Assembly (NCBI GenBank): GCA_017397925.1
Contig: JAFQHO010000047.1
Span: 4,750 to 68,749, forward strand
DNA length: 64,000 bases
Reading direction: 5' to 3'
Source: Ruminococcus sp.
GTDB lineage: Bacteria; Bacillota; Clostridia; Oscillospirales; Ruminococcaceae
Shown: positions 10,002-19,420 of the stretch, one piece after another
Layout: every line of letters starts with the position of its first letter
Numbering within the stretch: the first letter of the stretch is position 1
Notes under the pieces: model-generated
What the model saw: the letters and a program-made list of their open reading frames with translations, nothing else
The model's database searches: none
What the model was told of the DNA's origin: nothing
Program-made: the position numbers and the translations under genes

Positions 10002-10913
10002 ATGAAAAGTAAAGGTTCATATATAAGTTCGTTTATCATCACTCTTATCTTCGTTTTTACGCTTATAGCTTCTGTAGGCTGTATCACAGCAGATAAATTT
10101 GCTTCTAGCCAGAATCTGTTGAAATTAACAGAAGAAAAGGAAATCAATAACGTAGTTCACAAAGAGCTTGAAAAATATTTCAGTGAAAAATACGCTGATA
10201 CAGGTATTCCGGTTGAAGTTCATATGAAAAGTATTAATCAGGAATATCTTAGTATGGTTATAAAGAACAGAATTGATTACGGATTCGCCAAGCTGAATGG
10301 CGGAGATTCAAAAAAATTTGCCAACATTCCTGTAAATACCGATCTCGATAAAAGCATAACAACATATTTTGAGGAATACGCTAAAAGCACAAATTACGAA
10401 ATAAAAGATGGAAACGATCCATATTATGAAAAGCTTGCTGCCGCAAAAAATAATGCACATGCCGCGATAGAAGAGTACTGCGACGTATACAAATTCAACG
10501 CTTTGATTAAACATGGAATTATCAGCAAGATAAAACCTATATTTATTAAGCTTGATACAATCAAAACTATATGTATCTGTGCGTCAGCTTTTCTTGCTGT
10601 ATTGCTTCTAATATGCAATTTCAAACGTGTTAAAGACACACTATACTGGATTGGTACCGGCTCAATGTGTGCAGGCGTACTTGGCTGTATTCCTTGTATA
10701 TATTTGTTAAATACTAACTATTTTTCATCATTTACAATCAAACAGCCACAGATTTACATCTCTTATACAACAGCAATGAGGTCATTTACAGAAAGTGTAC
10801 TTTTTACTTTTATTATGCTCATTACAGCAGCTGTAGTAGTCTACGTTCTATACGGAATTATATCAGCATTCTCCAAAGAGAAATCATCTGAAAAAGCAAA
10901 TACCAAATCCTAA
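10002..10913 (+). CDS. Hypothetical membrane protein
   Basis: N-terminal TM, extracellular domain, three C-terminal TMs; abuts the sortase stop. Confidence 0.7.
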   Translation: MKSKGSYISSFIITLIFVFTLIASVGCITADKFASSQNLLKLTEEKEINNVVHKELEKYFSEKYADTGIPVEVHMKSINQEYLSMVIKNRIDYGFAKLNGGDSKKFANIPVNTDLDKSITTYFEEYAKSTNYEIKDGNDPYYEKLAAAKNNAHAAIEEYCDVYKFNALIKHGIISKIKPIFIKLDTIKTICICASAFLAVLLLICNFKRVKDTLYWIGTGSMCAGVLGCIPCIYLLNTNYFSSFTIKQPQIYISYTTAMRSFTESVLFTFIMLITAAVVVYVLYGIISAFSKEKSSEKANTKS

Positions 10914-11042
10914 TTTATTAATTTTTAGTGAATATTTTCAAAATTCTATTGACATTTTGAAATATTTAGTATATAATAATCATAATAGAAAATTAATAAA
11001 ACTATTTACGAGTTTTATGAATTATGAAAGGAAATAAAGCTT

Positions 11043-11993
11043 ATGAAAAAATCAAAAAGACGTAAATTTAACCCAACAGTAATACGCATCATCGGAATAC
11101 TTCTTTTCATTTCCACACTTGTTGGACAAGGACAGATATCCAGAAGGATAGGTGCTGGCAATCTACCACAGGCAGCATCCGGTGGTGTAAATGGTATCAT
11201 TTCACAGATTCAGGTACTTATTGCCGTTGCTATGGTTGTTATGATTCCTAAAAAAGGTATTTTCACATCACTTGTAATGTGTATAGTCAACTCTCTTTAC
11301 ATCCTTGTATTTGGTGTTATTGTAAGTCACAACCCTGGTGCAGCTCCTGGTGTTATCTCTCCACTTATTACAATTGTCGTATGTACACTCATTCACTACT
11401 ACTCAATGCAATCTATCAAAGCACAGGAAGAACTCGAAAAACAAAACGAAGATCTTATAGAAACTAACGATGTTATCACCAAAGAGGGCGAGCGTCTTTC
11501 TCGTATCGTATATAACGATAATCTCACAGGTCTTTTCAATAAGGAAATGTTTGCTGTAAAGCTTGATGAACTTATAAAAAGTGAAGAAAAAACCCCATTT
11601 ACTGTTGTATATACTGAAATAAACGATTTTGATAAAATCGTTAAATCCCGTGATAACGCAAGCGGAGATATGATTCTTACAACATTTGCTTACCGTTTAC
11701 ATAACTTCTGTGGCAACTCAGGTACTGTTGCAAGAATACGCGGCGCAAGATTTGCACTTATCATTACAGGTCAGAGAAGCAGGGAATCCGTTTCAAGCTA
11801 CATTAGCGATCTTAACGCAGAGGTTTGCGAACCAATCGCTCTTGGCGACGGACTCCAGGAAATCACCGTAAGCTCAGGTGTTACTCACTTCCCAAGAGAT
11901 GGAAAGACATCCGAAGATCTTATGAAAAACGCTGACAGTGCAGCAGACTACGCAATCGAAAAAGGTAACGGTTCTTTATACTTCTTCAGTTAA
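11043..11993 (+). CDS. Membrane GGDEF-domain protein with a degenerate active site
   Basis: 4 TMs; DNLTGLFNK, INDFDKI, GDMIL; the signature reads RGARF instead of GG[DE]EF. Confidence 0.8.
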   Translation: MKKSKRRKFNPTVIRIIGILLFISTLVGQGQISRRIGAGNLPQAASGGVNGIISQIQVLIAVAMVVMIPKKGIFTSLVMCIVNSLYILVFGVIVSHNPGAAPGVISPLITIVVCTLIHYYSMQSIKAQEELEKQNEDLIETNDVITKEGERLSRIVYNDNLTGLFNKEMFAVKLDELIKSEEKTPFTVVYTEINDFDKIVKSRDNASGDMILTTFAYRLHNFCGNSGTVARIRGARFALIITGQRSRESVSSYISDLNAEVCEPIALGDGLQEITVSSGVTHFPRDGKTSEDLMKNADSAADYAIEKGNGSLYFFS

Positions 11994-12002
11994 AATAACA
12001 CT

Positions 12003-12042
12003 CCAGGGGATTGGATATAATATCTAATCCCCTGGATTTTTT
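12003..12042 (+). terminator. Intrinsic terminator
   Basis: CCAGGGGATT...AATCCCCTGG followed by a T-tract. Confidence 0.7.
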
Positions 12043-12470
12043 TAAACTGAATATAATTGTCTTTACATCGCGAAAGTCTATTATCGTACATTTATTCCAA
12101 ATATTACTATAAAAATATTGTGATTTATTTCATATTTTGCAAAAAAACACTTGAAATTTTACATAGGATATGGTATAATAAATAAAGAGTTTTTGTATAT
12201 TATCGACTAATTTGGTTCATTATTTTAAAATTAACGTTTTTTCGTAACATTTCAGGTATTCCTCACAGTATCGTCTTAAAGCGTTAATAAAAAAAAAGCT
12301 TAAATAACAGTATTTTTTATTTATTTTAAACATTGTAATTCATACAAAAATATGTTACAATATAGAGAGGTACTTTTTTACCTTTACTATATTAGATCTT
12401 ACTTTTTATTAATTTTGGGTATTATAGCATATGTGATATGCTTGAATAATAATTAAAAGGAGAATGAAAT

Positions 12471-13439
12471 ATGGCTGACACACTCTTTATTAAAGCTGCT
12501 GCATTCTGTGGTTACGATAAGGCGGATGTAGATAAAAGACTTGAAACGCTTTATTCACTTATATATAACCTTAAAAATGAAATTCGCGAAAATAAGCAGA
12601 TAATCAAAAAATATGAAGAAGGTTATAGTCAGGATAAAGCTTATGAAAATGCTCTGGCTGTAGAAAGAGCTCAGCTTACACAGCTTCAGGTTAAAAATGA
12701 AAATCTTTCTGAAAAAAACAAGGCTCGTAAGGAAGAATTAAACATTAAAGAGCAGGAAAACATTAAACTTCGTGAAGAAATCAAAACTCTCAAAGCTGAG
12801 GTTGAAGAACTCAGACTGAAACAGCTTGCCCTAAAAAATAATGATACAGAAGACCTCGGAATTATCTTCATAGAAGCAAAAAAATCCAGAGATCTCATTG
12901 TTAACAACGCAAAACAAGAAGCTTCTTCATACAAAGATGAAGCACAAAAATTTGCTGAAGATCTTATTGCAGAAACAAATGAAAAAGTTGAAAAGCTTAT
13001 AAAAGATGCCGAAAAAAAAGCTGCAGATATTATTGCTACTGCAGAAGAAAAAAATCAAAAGCTTGTAGAAACTGAAAATAGCCTTAAAGAAAATATTCTG
13101 GCAAATATGAAAAATCTTGATGCAGAAATTAAAAATATCAAGTCAGTTTTAGGTGAATTCAATTCAAAAACAGCTTCTTTCATAGACGATTCAGAAGTTC
13201 TTCTTTCCGGTGTACAGGACAAACTTAATAGCATTGATGAAGAAGTTGTCGAAGAAAACACTGACACTGAAAATGCGTCTGACGAAAATACCACTGATAA
13301 AGACAAAAACGATACCGAAATTGACGTTGCAGATAAAAATGAAGAATCAAGGTCGACTACCTATTCCGCTCCCAAAAATGAAAGCGGAATAAATCTTGAA
13401 GATCTTTTAAAGCAGGCAAATGAACTTAACAATGTCTGA
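12471..13439 (+). CDS. DivIVA-like coiled-coil protein
   Basis: GYDKADVD N-terminus typical of DivIVA/GpsB; long heptad region with A-D/E-x-I-I-x-x-A repeats. Confidence 0.6.
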   Translation: MADTLFIKAAAFCGYDKADVDKRLETLYSLIYNLKNEIRENKQIIKKYEEGYSQDKAYENALAVERAQLTQLQVKNENLSEKNKARKEELNIKEQENIKLREEIKTLKAEVEELRLKQLALKNNDTEDLGIIFIEAKKSRDLIVNNAKQEASSYKDEAQKFAEDLIAETNEKVEKLIKDAEKKAADIIATAEEKNQKLVETENSLKENILANMKNLDAEIKNIKSVLGEFNSKTASFIDDSEVLLSGVQDKLNSIDEEVVEENTDTENASDENTTDKDKNDTEIDVADKNEESRSTTYSAPKNESGINLEDLLKQANELNNV

Positions 13440-13511
13440 TTTACATCAGATATTCATAAAGTGTTTATGTTTATAAATTAGGTTAATATGAATTTGAGGA
13501 GAACAGAGTAA

Positions 13512-15203
13512 ATGAATGATATAATTATTGTTAAACCTGAAAAATGTGTTGGATGTAATGCTTGTATCCGTAACTGTCCCGCTCCTGAGGCAAATATTAC
13601 AAAAATGCTTGAAGATGGCAGATTTATTACATCAGTTAACTCCGACAAGTGTATTGCCTGCGGACAGTGTCTTAAGGTATGTAATCACGGTGCAAGAGAT
13701 TATATTGATGATACAAGAGTATGTATGCAGCGTCTTGAAAAAGATAAAACCATTATACTCGTATCTCCTGCAATCAGAACTGTTTTCCCCACTCGTTGGG
13801 TTGGTATACTTGACTGGTTCAAAAGCAAGGGCTGTGTGATTTACGATATTGCTTTTGGTGCTGATATCTGTACTTGGGCGCACCTTCGTACATTAGATAG
13901 CCATAAAGTAGGAAAAATGATATCTCAGCCATGTGCTGCTGTAGTAAACTATATTGAAAGATACCAGCCATCACTTATAAAAAATCTTTCACCTGTTCAT
14001 AGTCCTGTAGCTTGTGCAGTTGCTTACATAAAAAAATATCTTAGAAGAACAAATCCTATTGCTGTTCTTACTCCCTGTTTAGCTCAGAAAAATGAGTTTA
14101 TCGAAACAGGTCTTGTAGAGTACAATGTAACATTTAACAAGCTTATGGAATATTTCGATGCAAACGGCGTTGTTATCCATACAAATTCGGATGAAGAATA
14201 TGAGTACAGATTTGACGACCAACAAGGACAAATGGGTACTATTTATACACGTCCTGGTGGTTTCAGAGATAATCTTCTTATTCACAATCCAGAACTTGAT
14301 ATATTAAGTTCTGAAGGTATTAACAGAGTTTACAGTGAGATTGATCTTTATGCAAACACAAAGGAATCAAAACGTCCTGAAATATTTGATGTTCTTTCAT
14401 GTGAATTCGGATGCAATATGGGTCCTGCTACTGATGGAAAATATTCACCATTTGAAATAATGAATTATATGAAAAATATCGAAAGGGAAGCAAAGAAAAG
14501 TCGTAAGACAAGCGTTTTCCGTCAGGGAGAGGATAAACTTTTCAAAAAATTCGACGAAGAGCTCCAGCTTGATGACTTCCTTAGAACATATAAATCTCAA
14601 TCCCCATCCCCTATTCCTTCCGATAAGCAACTCGATGCAGTTTTCAAGCTGATGGGCAAAAATTCAGAAGCTGACAAATGCTATGACTGTCGTGCTTGCG
14701 GATATGATTCATGCCGTGATATGGCAACTGCTGTATGTCGTGGACTAAATACACCAAATAACTGTGTTGTTCATTCGAGAAGTATATTAGTTGAACGTCA
14801 GAATGAACTTGTTTCCAATCACGAAAAATATACTGAAATCACCAACAAATGCCGTGATTTTTCTGAGGATTTAAAAGAGAAAATGGAAAGTATCAAGACA
14901 AATCTTGATGCTATAGATGATTCTACAAATAAAACCGGAGAACGATCAAAAGTTGTTAATGACTTGATTACAAATATTATCACTTTCTGCAAGAATAATG
15001 AAACTCTTAATGCAGATGGAATCAATCAGATGATTGTTATCCTTGAAACTACTCTTAATGCTTTCAAAACTCTTGATAAAAATGTTGACGCAACAAATAA
15101 AAGCTCTGACAAAATAACTGAGTCAATTTCAGAAATTAAGGAAGTTATTGAAAACATCAATAAAACTTTAAATGAAACGGCAAATATGAGTATTTCCAAA
15201 TAA
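13512..15203 (+). CDS. Fe-S sensor: 2x[4Fe-4S] ferredoxin + [FeFe]-hydrogenase-like domain + FeS domain + short MCP-like coiled coil
   Basis: CVGCNACIRNCP and CIACGQCLKVC; H-cluster-like SQPCAA, TPCLAQKNE, SCEFGC; CRACGYDSC; C-terminal coiled coil. Confidence 0.75.
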   Translation: MNDIIIVKPEKCVGCNACIRNCPAPEANITKMLEDGRFITSVNSDKCIACGQCLKVCNHGARDYIDDTRVCMQRLEKDKTIILVSPAIRTVFPTRWVGILDWFKSKGCVIYDIAFGADICTWAHLRTLDSHKVGKMISQPCAAVVNYIERYQPSLIKNLSPVHSPVACAVAYIKKYLRRTNPIAVLTPCLAQKNEFIETGLVEYNVTFNKLMEYFDANGVVIHTNSDEEYEYRFDDQQGQMGTIYTRPGGFRDNLLIHNPELDILSSEGINRVYSEIDLYANTKESKRPEIFDVLSCEFGCNMGPATDGKYSPFEIMNYMKNIEREAKKSRKTSVFRQGEDKLFKKFDEELQLDDFLRTYKSQSPSPIPSDKQLDAVFKLMGKNSEADKCYDCRACGYDSCRDMATAVCRGLNTPNNCVVHSRSILVERQNELVSNHEKYTEITNKCRDFSEDLKEKMESIKTNLDAIDDSTNKTGERSKVVNDLITNIITFCKNNETLNADGINQMIVILETTLNAFKTLDKNVDATNKSSDKITESISEIKEVIENINKTLNETANMSISK

Positions 15204-15221
15204 ACTACAAGGAGAATTGCT

Positions 15222-16283
15222 ATGCAGTGCGAAATCTGCTTTTCCGAGCTTAATGATAAAGCTCTTTCCTGCAACAATTGCGGAGCGCCTGTTCCGCAGA
15301 ATGTTGAGGGCTTTGAGAATACAATTGAAATACAGCGTATCCTCTATAATCTTATAATAGAAAACTTCAGCTTAAAACCTGTTAATGTAAGAGAACTCCA
15401 GGCTCTGCTGATGGATTACCTTGCTGATTATAGAGCTGAATGCCGTCTTCTTATTTACACTATAAGGGCAGGTGTTCTCCAGAATATGCTTGTTGAGGAA
15501 GACAGAAGCATCGCAATTATGCGTGCAAGAAGTTTTCTGATCAGCGAATGCTTCCTCTCAGAACAGGCAACAGAATTTGTTCTTGCATGTCTCACATATA
15601 TGCTGAAATGGGAATTTGAGCCACAAATATATCAATCCGAAACTGTTACCATACAAACCTCTGTGCCTGTAGATGAGCCTGATGTTAAATCTCACAGAAC
15701 AGTGAATATCGACGCTCTTGTTTTTCGTCCTATAGATGCTGTAAAGTTTAAATTTTCAAAGCACGTTGCACTGCATAAGGATTATACAAAAATTGAAGGA
15801 TTTTCATTCGATAAATTTTCCTCAATGCGTAGTATAAAACTCCCTTTAACGCTTATTGCAATCGAAGAATACGCTTTTTCAGGATGTAAGCATCTTCGTA
15901 CAATAGAGCTTCCTTCTTCGCTTAGGATAATTCGTCAGGGTGCATTTAGCCAGTGCTCTGAGTTGGAATCAATCAAAATTCCTACAGGTGTATTGGAAAT
16001 TGAGGAAAATACATTCCTCTGCTGTGAATCCCTTACAGTAGCCGATATTCCCCCAACTGTAACAAGTATCGGTGTACAGGCATTTTCTGGCTGTGAGAAG
16101 CTTTCTATGATCTATATACCAGATAGTGTTAAATTTATTGATGAAAATGCTTTTCTTTATTGTCCACAGCTTACAGTAAAGTGTTATGAAAATTCTTACA
16201 CACATAAATATTGCTTAAGTCATAATATAAATTGTAAGACAATACCTATGGGTATGGATCTCTATAATAGTGTTATATTCTAA
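15222..16283 (+). CDS. Zinc-ribbon + BspA-type leucine-rich repeat protein
   Basis: CEIC...CNNCG at the N-terminus; repeated I.LP..L..I...AF..C..L; no signal peptide. Confidence 0.8.
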   Translation: MQCEICFSELNDKALSCNNCGAPVPQNVEGFENTIEIQRILYNLIIENFSLKPVNVRELQALLMDYLADYRAECRLLIYTIRAGVLQNMLVEEDRSIAIMRARSFLISECFLSEQATEFVLACLTYMLKWEFEPQIYQSETVTIQTSVPVDEPDVKSHRTVNIDALVFRPIDAVKFKFSKHVALHKDYTKIEGFSFDKFSSMRSIKLPLTLIAIEEYAFSGCKHLRTIELPSSLRIIRQGAFSQCSELESIKIPTGVLEIEENTFLCCESLTVADIPPTVTSIGVQAFSGCEKLSMIYIPDSVKFIDENAFLYCPQLTVKCYENSYTHKYCLSHNINCKTIPMGMDLYNSVIF

Positions 16284-16301
16284 AGAGAGGAGAAAATTCA
16301 A

Positions 16302-17645
16302 ATGATCGAACTTAAATTCGGACAACAGATTGATATGGAATTCGGTGGAAAAGCCAAAGTCCTTAAAAAAATCGGTAGTGGTGGTCAGGGTAGCGTTTAT
16401 CTTGTCGAATTCAATGGTATGGAATGGGCTTTAAAATGGTATGATGTAGATAAAATCAAAAGGCCCAAGGACTTCCGTGAAAATCTCCGTAGTAATATTG
16501 CAGACGGCCCTCCCAGTAATCGTTTCTTGTGGCCGAAATATCTTACAAAGGAAACTCCTGATGGCGGTTTCGGATACCTTATGGATCTTAAGCCTGAAAG
16601 TTTCGACTCCTTTGTTGATATTCTCAATACATATAAACTTGTAATTGATCCTCTTACAGGTAAAGCTGTTAAAAAATCCGTACGTTTTGCAAATCTGTAC
16701 GCTATGGTAACAGCTGTTATAAACATCGTTAATTCATTCCGTCAGCTCCACCGTTCCGGAAAAAGCTATCAGGATCTTAACGACGGTGGTTTCTTCATAA
16801 ACGTTGAAACAGGCGCAGTTCTTGTCTGCGACTGTGATAATATTGCTCCTGAAGGAAGTAATTTCGGCATTGGCGGTAAACCTGGATATATGGCTCCTGA
16901 AATTGTTCGTGGAGTTGCTAAGCCAGATGTTCAGACAGATAAGTATTCTCTTGCTGTAGTACTTTTCAAGCTTCTTTTTAGAGGCGATCCTATGGAAGGC
17001 GAAAAGGTTGTAAAGGATATATGCCTTACAGAGTCTTCTGAATTAAAACACTACGGACAAAATGCAGTATTTGTATATGACCCAAATGACGCTTCAAACC
17101 GTCCTGTAAGAGGAATTCACGATAATGTCATTAAATTCTGGAGATTATATCCTGAATATATTAAGGAAGCTTTCCTCCGTTCATTTACAGACGGTGTAAA
17201 CGATCCTAATAAAAGAATTATTGAAAATGAGTGGCAGAATCTTTTCCTCAGACTTCGTTCAGAGATTATTATGTGTGGGTGCGGAAGAACAAACTTTACA
17301 TCAATGTTTGAAAAGCCTGATAATGTTTCATACAGATGCCCTAAATGCGGAATGACATTTTCTACCATTGCTTTCTCTAATAGTGATATACGTCTTCCTC
17401 TTTACCTTGGACGTCAGTTCTATCAGTGTGACATTTACCCCGATTGTGATGATTTCCTCAGTGTTGCAGGCGAACTTGTAGAAAATAAGCTTCGTCCAGG
17501 AATTCTTGGCATAAAAAATCTTTCAGACAGAAAGTGGAATGTTAAAATGCCTGACGGTCAGTTTTATGATATTGCTCCCGGAAGCGGTTTCCCTATATGG
17601 AAAGGTCTTGAAATCAACTTCGGTGATGTAAAAGCTAAAATATAG
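16302..17645 (+). CDS. Ser/Thr protein kinase (TerY-P type) with C-terminal Zn ribbon
   Basis: GSGGQGSVY, ALKWY, YQDLNDGG, DCDN, GKPGYMAPE, D.YSLAV; CGCG...CPKCG. Confidence 0.85.
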   Translation: MIELKFGQQIDMEFGGKAKVLKKIGSGGQGSVYLVEFNGMEWALKWYDVDKIKRPKDFRENLRSNIADGPPSNRFLWPKYLTKETPDGGFGYLMDLKPESFDSFVDILNTYKLVIDPLTGKAVKKSVRFANLYAMVTAVINIVNSFRQLHRSGKSYQDLNDGGFFINVETGAVLVCDCDNIAPEGSNFGIGGKPGYMAPEIVRGVAKPDVQTDKYSLAVVLFKLLFRGDPMEGEKVVKDICLTESSELKHYGQNAVFVYDPNDASNRPVRGIHDNVIKFWRLYPEYIKEAFLRSFTDGVNDPNKRIIENEWQNLFLRLRSEIIMCGCGRTNFTSMFEKPDNVSYRCPKCGMTFSTIAFSNSDIRLPLYLGRQFYQCDIYPDCDDFLSVAGELVENKLRPGILGIKNLSDRKWNVKMPDGQFYDIAPGSGFPIWKGLEINFGDVKAKI

Positions 17646-17666
17646 TTTGAAAGGATGTACTCTTTT

Positions 17667-18485
17667 ATGAGCGAAAATATGAATTTAAATCCTATGGCAG
17701 CAGAAAATACTGCTCCAGCTAATGATTTTGATTTTGATGATGATGATCCCCTCGGTGCAACAAGTGTATCTAAGAAAAGTCTTGTAATATTCTTTGTAAT
17801 TGATACTTCAGCAAGTATGAGAGGAAAGAAAATCGGTGAGCTTAACACTGTTATGGAAGAACTTATTCCTGAGATACGTAAAGTAGGCGAAGCTGATACT
17901 GACGTTAAGGTTGCTGTACTAACATTCTCAACTGATATTAAATGGATGTATTCTGCCCCTATTTCAATCGAAGATTTTGAATGGAGCCGTCTTAATGCAT
18001 CAGGTGTTACAAGTATGGGTGCTGCTTTCGAAGAGCTTTCTGCAAGAATGTCAAGAAACAGCTTCCTCAATTCCCCTTCTCTTTCTTTTGCTCCTGTAAT
18101 TTTCCTTATGACTGACGGTTATCCTTCAGATGACTACAAAAAAGGTCTTAGAGAACTTTATTCTAACAGTTGGTATAAATTCGGTCTTAAGGCTGCACTC
18201 GGAATCGGAAACGAAGCTAATGATGATATGCTTGCTGAATTTACAGGTTCAAAGGATACTGTTGTTCACGCCTACACGGGCAGTCAGCTTGCACAGATGA
18301 TTAAAATAGTTGCAGTTACTGCTTCTCAGATTGGAAGTAAAAGTATGACTCTTTCCGATGATAACAACAAAGAATTGAATGCTGATGATGTTTTTGCTTC
18401 AAAGCAGAAGCTCCTCGGTCAACAGATTCAGGAGCTTGTATCACAGGAAGATTCAGACGATATTTCATTTGATACAGGTTGGTAA
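17667..18485 (+). CDS. TerY-like vWA domain protein
   Basis: FVIDTSASM (MIDAS), TSMGAAF, FLMTDGYPSDD. Confidence 0.85.
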   Translation: MSENMNLNPMAAENTAPANDFDFDDDDPLGATSVSKKSLVIFFVIDTSASMRGKKIGELNTVMEELIPEIRKVGEADTDVKVAVLTFSTDIKWMYSAPISIEDFEWSRLNASGVTSMGAAFEELSARMSRNSFLNSPSLSFAPVIFLMTDGYPSDDYKKGLRELYSNSWYKFGLKAALGIGNEANDDMLAEFTGSKDTVVHAYTGSQLAQMIKIVAVTASQIGSKSMTLSDDNNKELNADDVFASKQKLLGQQIQELVSQEDSDDISFDTGW

Positions 18486-18512
18486 AATATGATTCCGAAA
18501 GGAGTGTAAATT

Positions 18513-19409
18513 ATGTATAAAGGATTCAGCTATTCTATGACAGGAGCAAGTCACATTGCCAAAAATTTAATATGTCAGGATAGCTCAGCACATTATGCTG
18601 CAAAGGATTTTTCGGCCGCAGTAGTCGCTGACGGTCATGGTAGTAAAAAACACTTCAGAAGTAATATAGGATCAGAAATTGCTGTAAATTGTACTTTGGA
18701 TGTCATTAAACGTTTCTACTCAGATGTTGATGAATTTAACAGGGAGTTCCCTAAGAATCACAAAAGAATTATGAGAAACATTGAACGTCAGATTATTTCA
18801 GAGTGGAATATAAGAGTAAATGAACATTATCGTGTCAATCCTCTAACCCAAGAAGAAAAAAATCAATTTACCCCTGAAGAACTTGCTGAAATTACTGTAG
18901 AATCATTTTATGGCACAACACTTGTAGCTGCTGTTATGTGTGATAATTTCACATTCGGATTTCAGATCGGAGACGGCAGTCTTATAGCTGTTTTTGAAGA
19001 TGGACATACTTCTATGATTATTGATTATGAAGAATCAAATCCAGCCAATATTACAGCATCAATGTGTAATTCTAATGCTATTACTATGTTTAACAGCTAT
19101 TATGTAGATGATAAGAAAATAAGTGCAGTATTTGTTTCAACCGATGGACTTTACACATCTTTTGGCAGCGATCTTGAATTTCTTAATTATCATACTATTA
19201 TTGCTGACCAGCTTTCGGAATCAGAAGCATTTTCTGAAACTGTAAGCAAAAACGTTCAGAAGCGTACTAATTACGGCACACAGGATGATATTTCACTTTC
19301 ATGTGTGTACAATGAGGACCTTCTCAAAGAAAATTCTGAACTTATAAAGAAAAAAATTGAAGAAAATAAACGGCGTCTTCTTTTACGCAAACCAAAACCG
19401 AAAAAGTGA
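18513..19409 (+). CDS. PP2C-family protein phosphatase
   Basis: CQDS, VADGHGS, QIGDG, STDG, DDIS metal-binding motifs. Confidence 0.88.
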   Translation: MYKGFSYSMTGASHIAKNLICQDSSAHYAAKDFSAAVVADGHGSKKHFRSNIGSEIAVNCTLDVIKRFYSDVDEFNREFPKNHKRIMRNIERQIISEWNIRVNEHYRVNPLTQEEKNQFTPEELAEITVESFYGTTLVAAVMCDNFTFGFQIGDGSLIAVFEDGHTSMIIDYEESNPANITASMCNSNAITMFNSYYVDDKKISAVFVSTDGLYTSFGSDLEFLNYHTIIADQLSESEAFSETVSKNVQKRTNYGTQDDISLSCVYNEDLLKENSELIKKKIEENKRRLLLRKPKPKK

Positions 19410-19420
19410 AAGGGTAATCG

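Noticed and set aside
12043-12470. 430-bp AT-rich intergenic region
   Set aside because: Contains only promoter-like hexamers and A/T tracts; no repeat or structure I can support.
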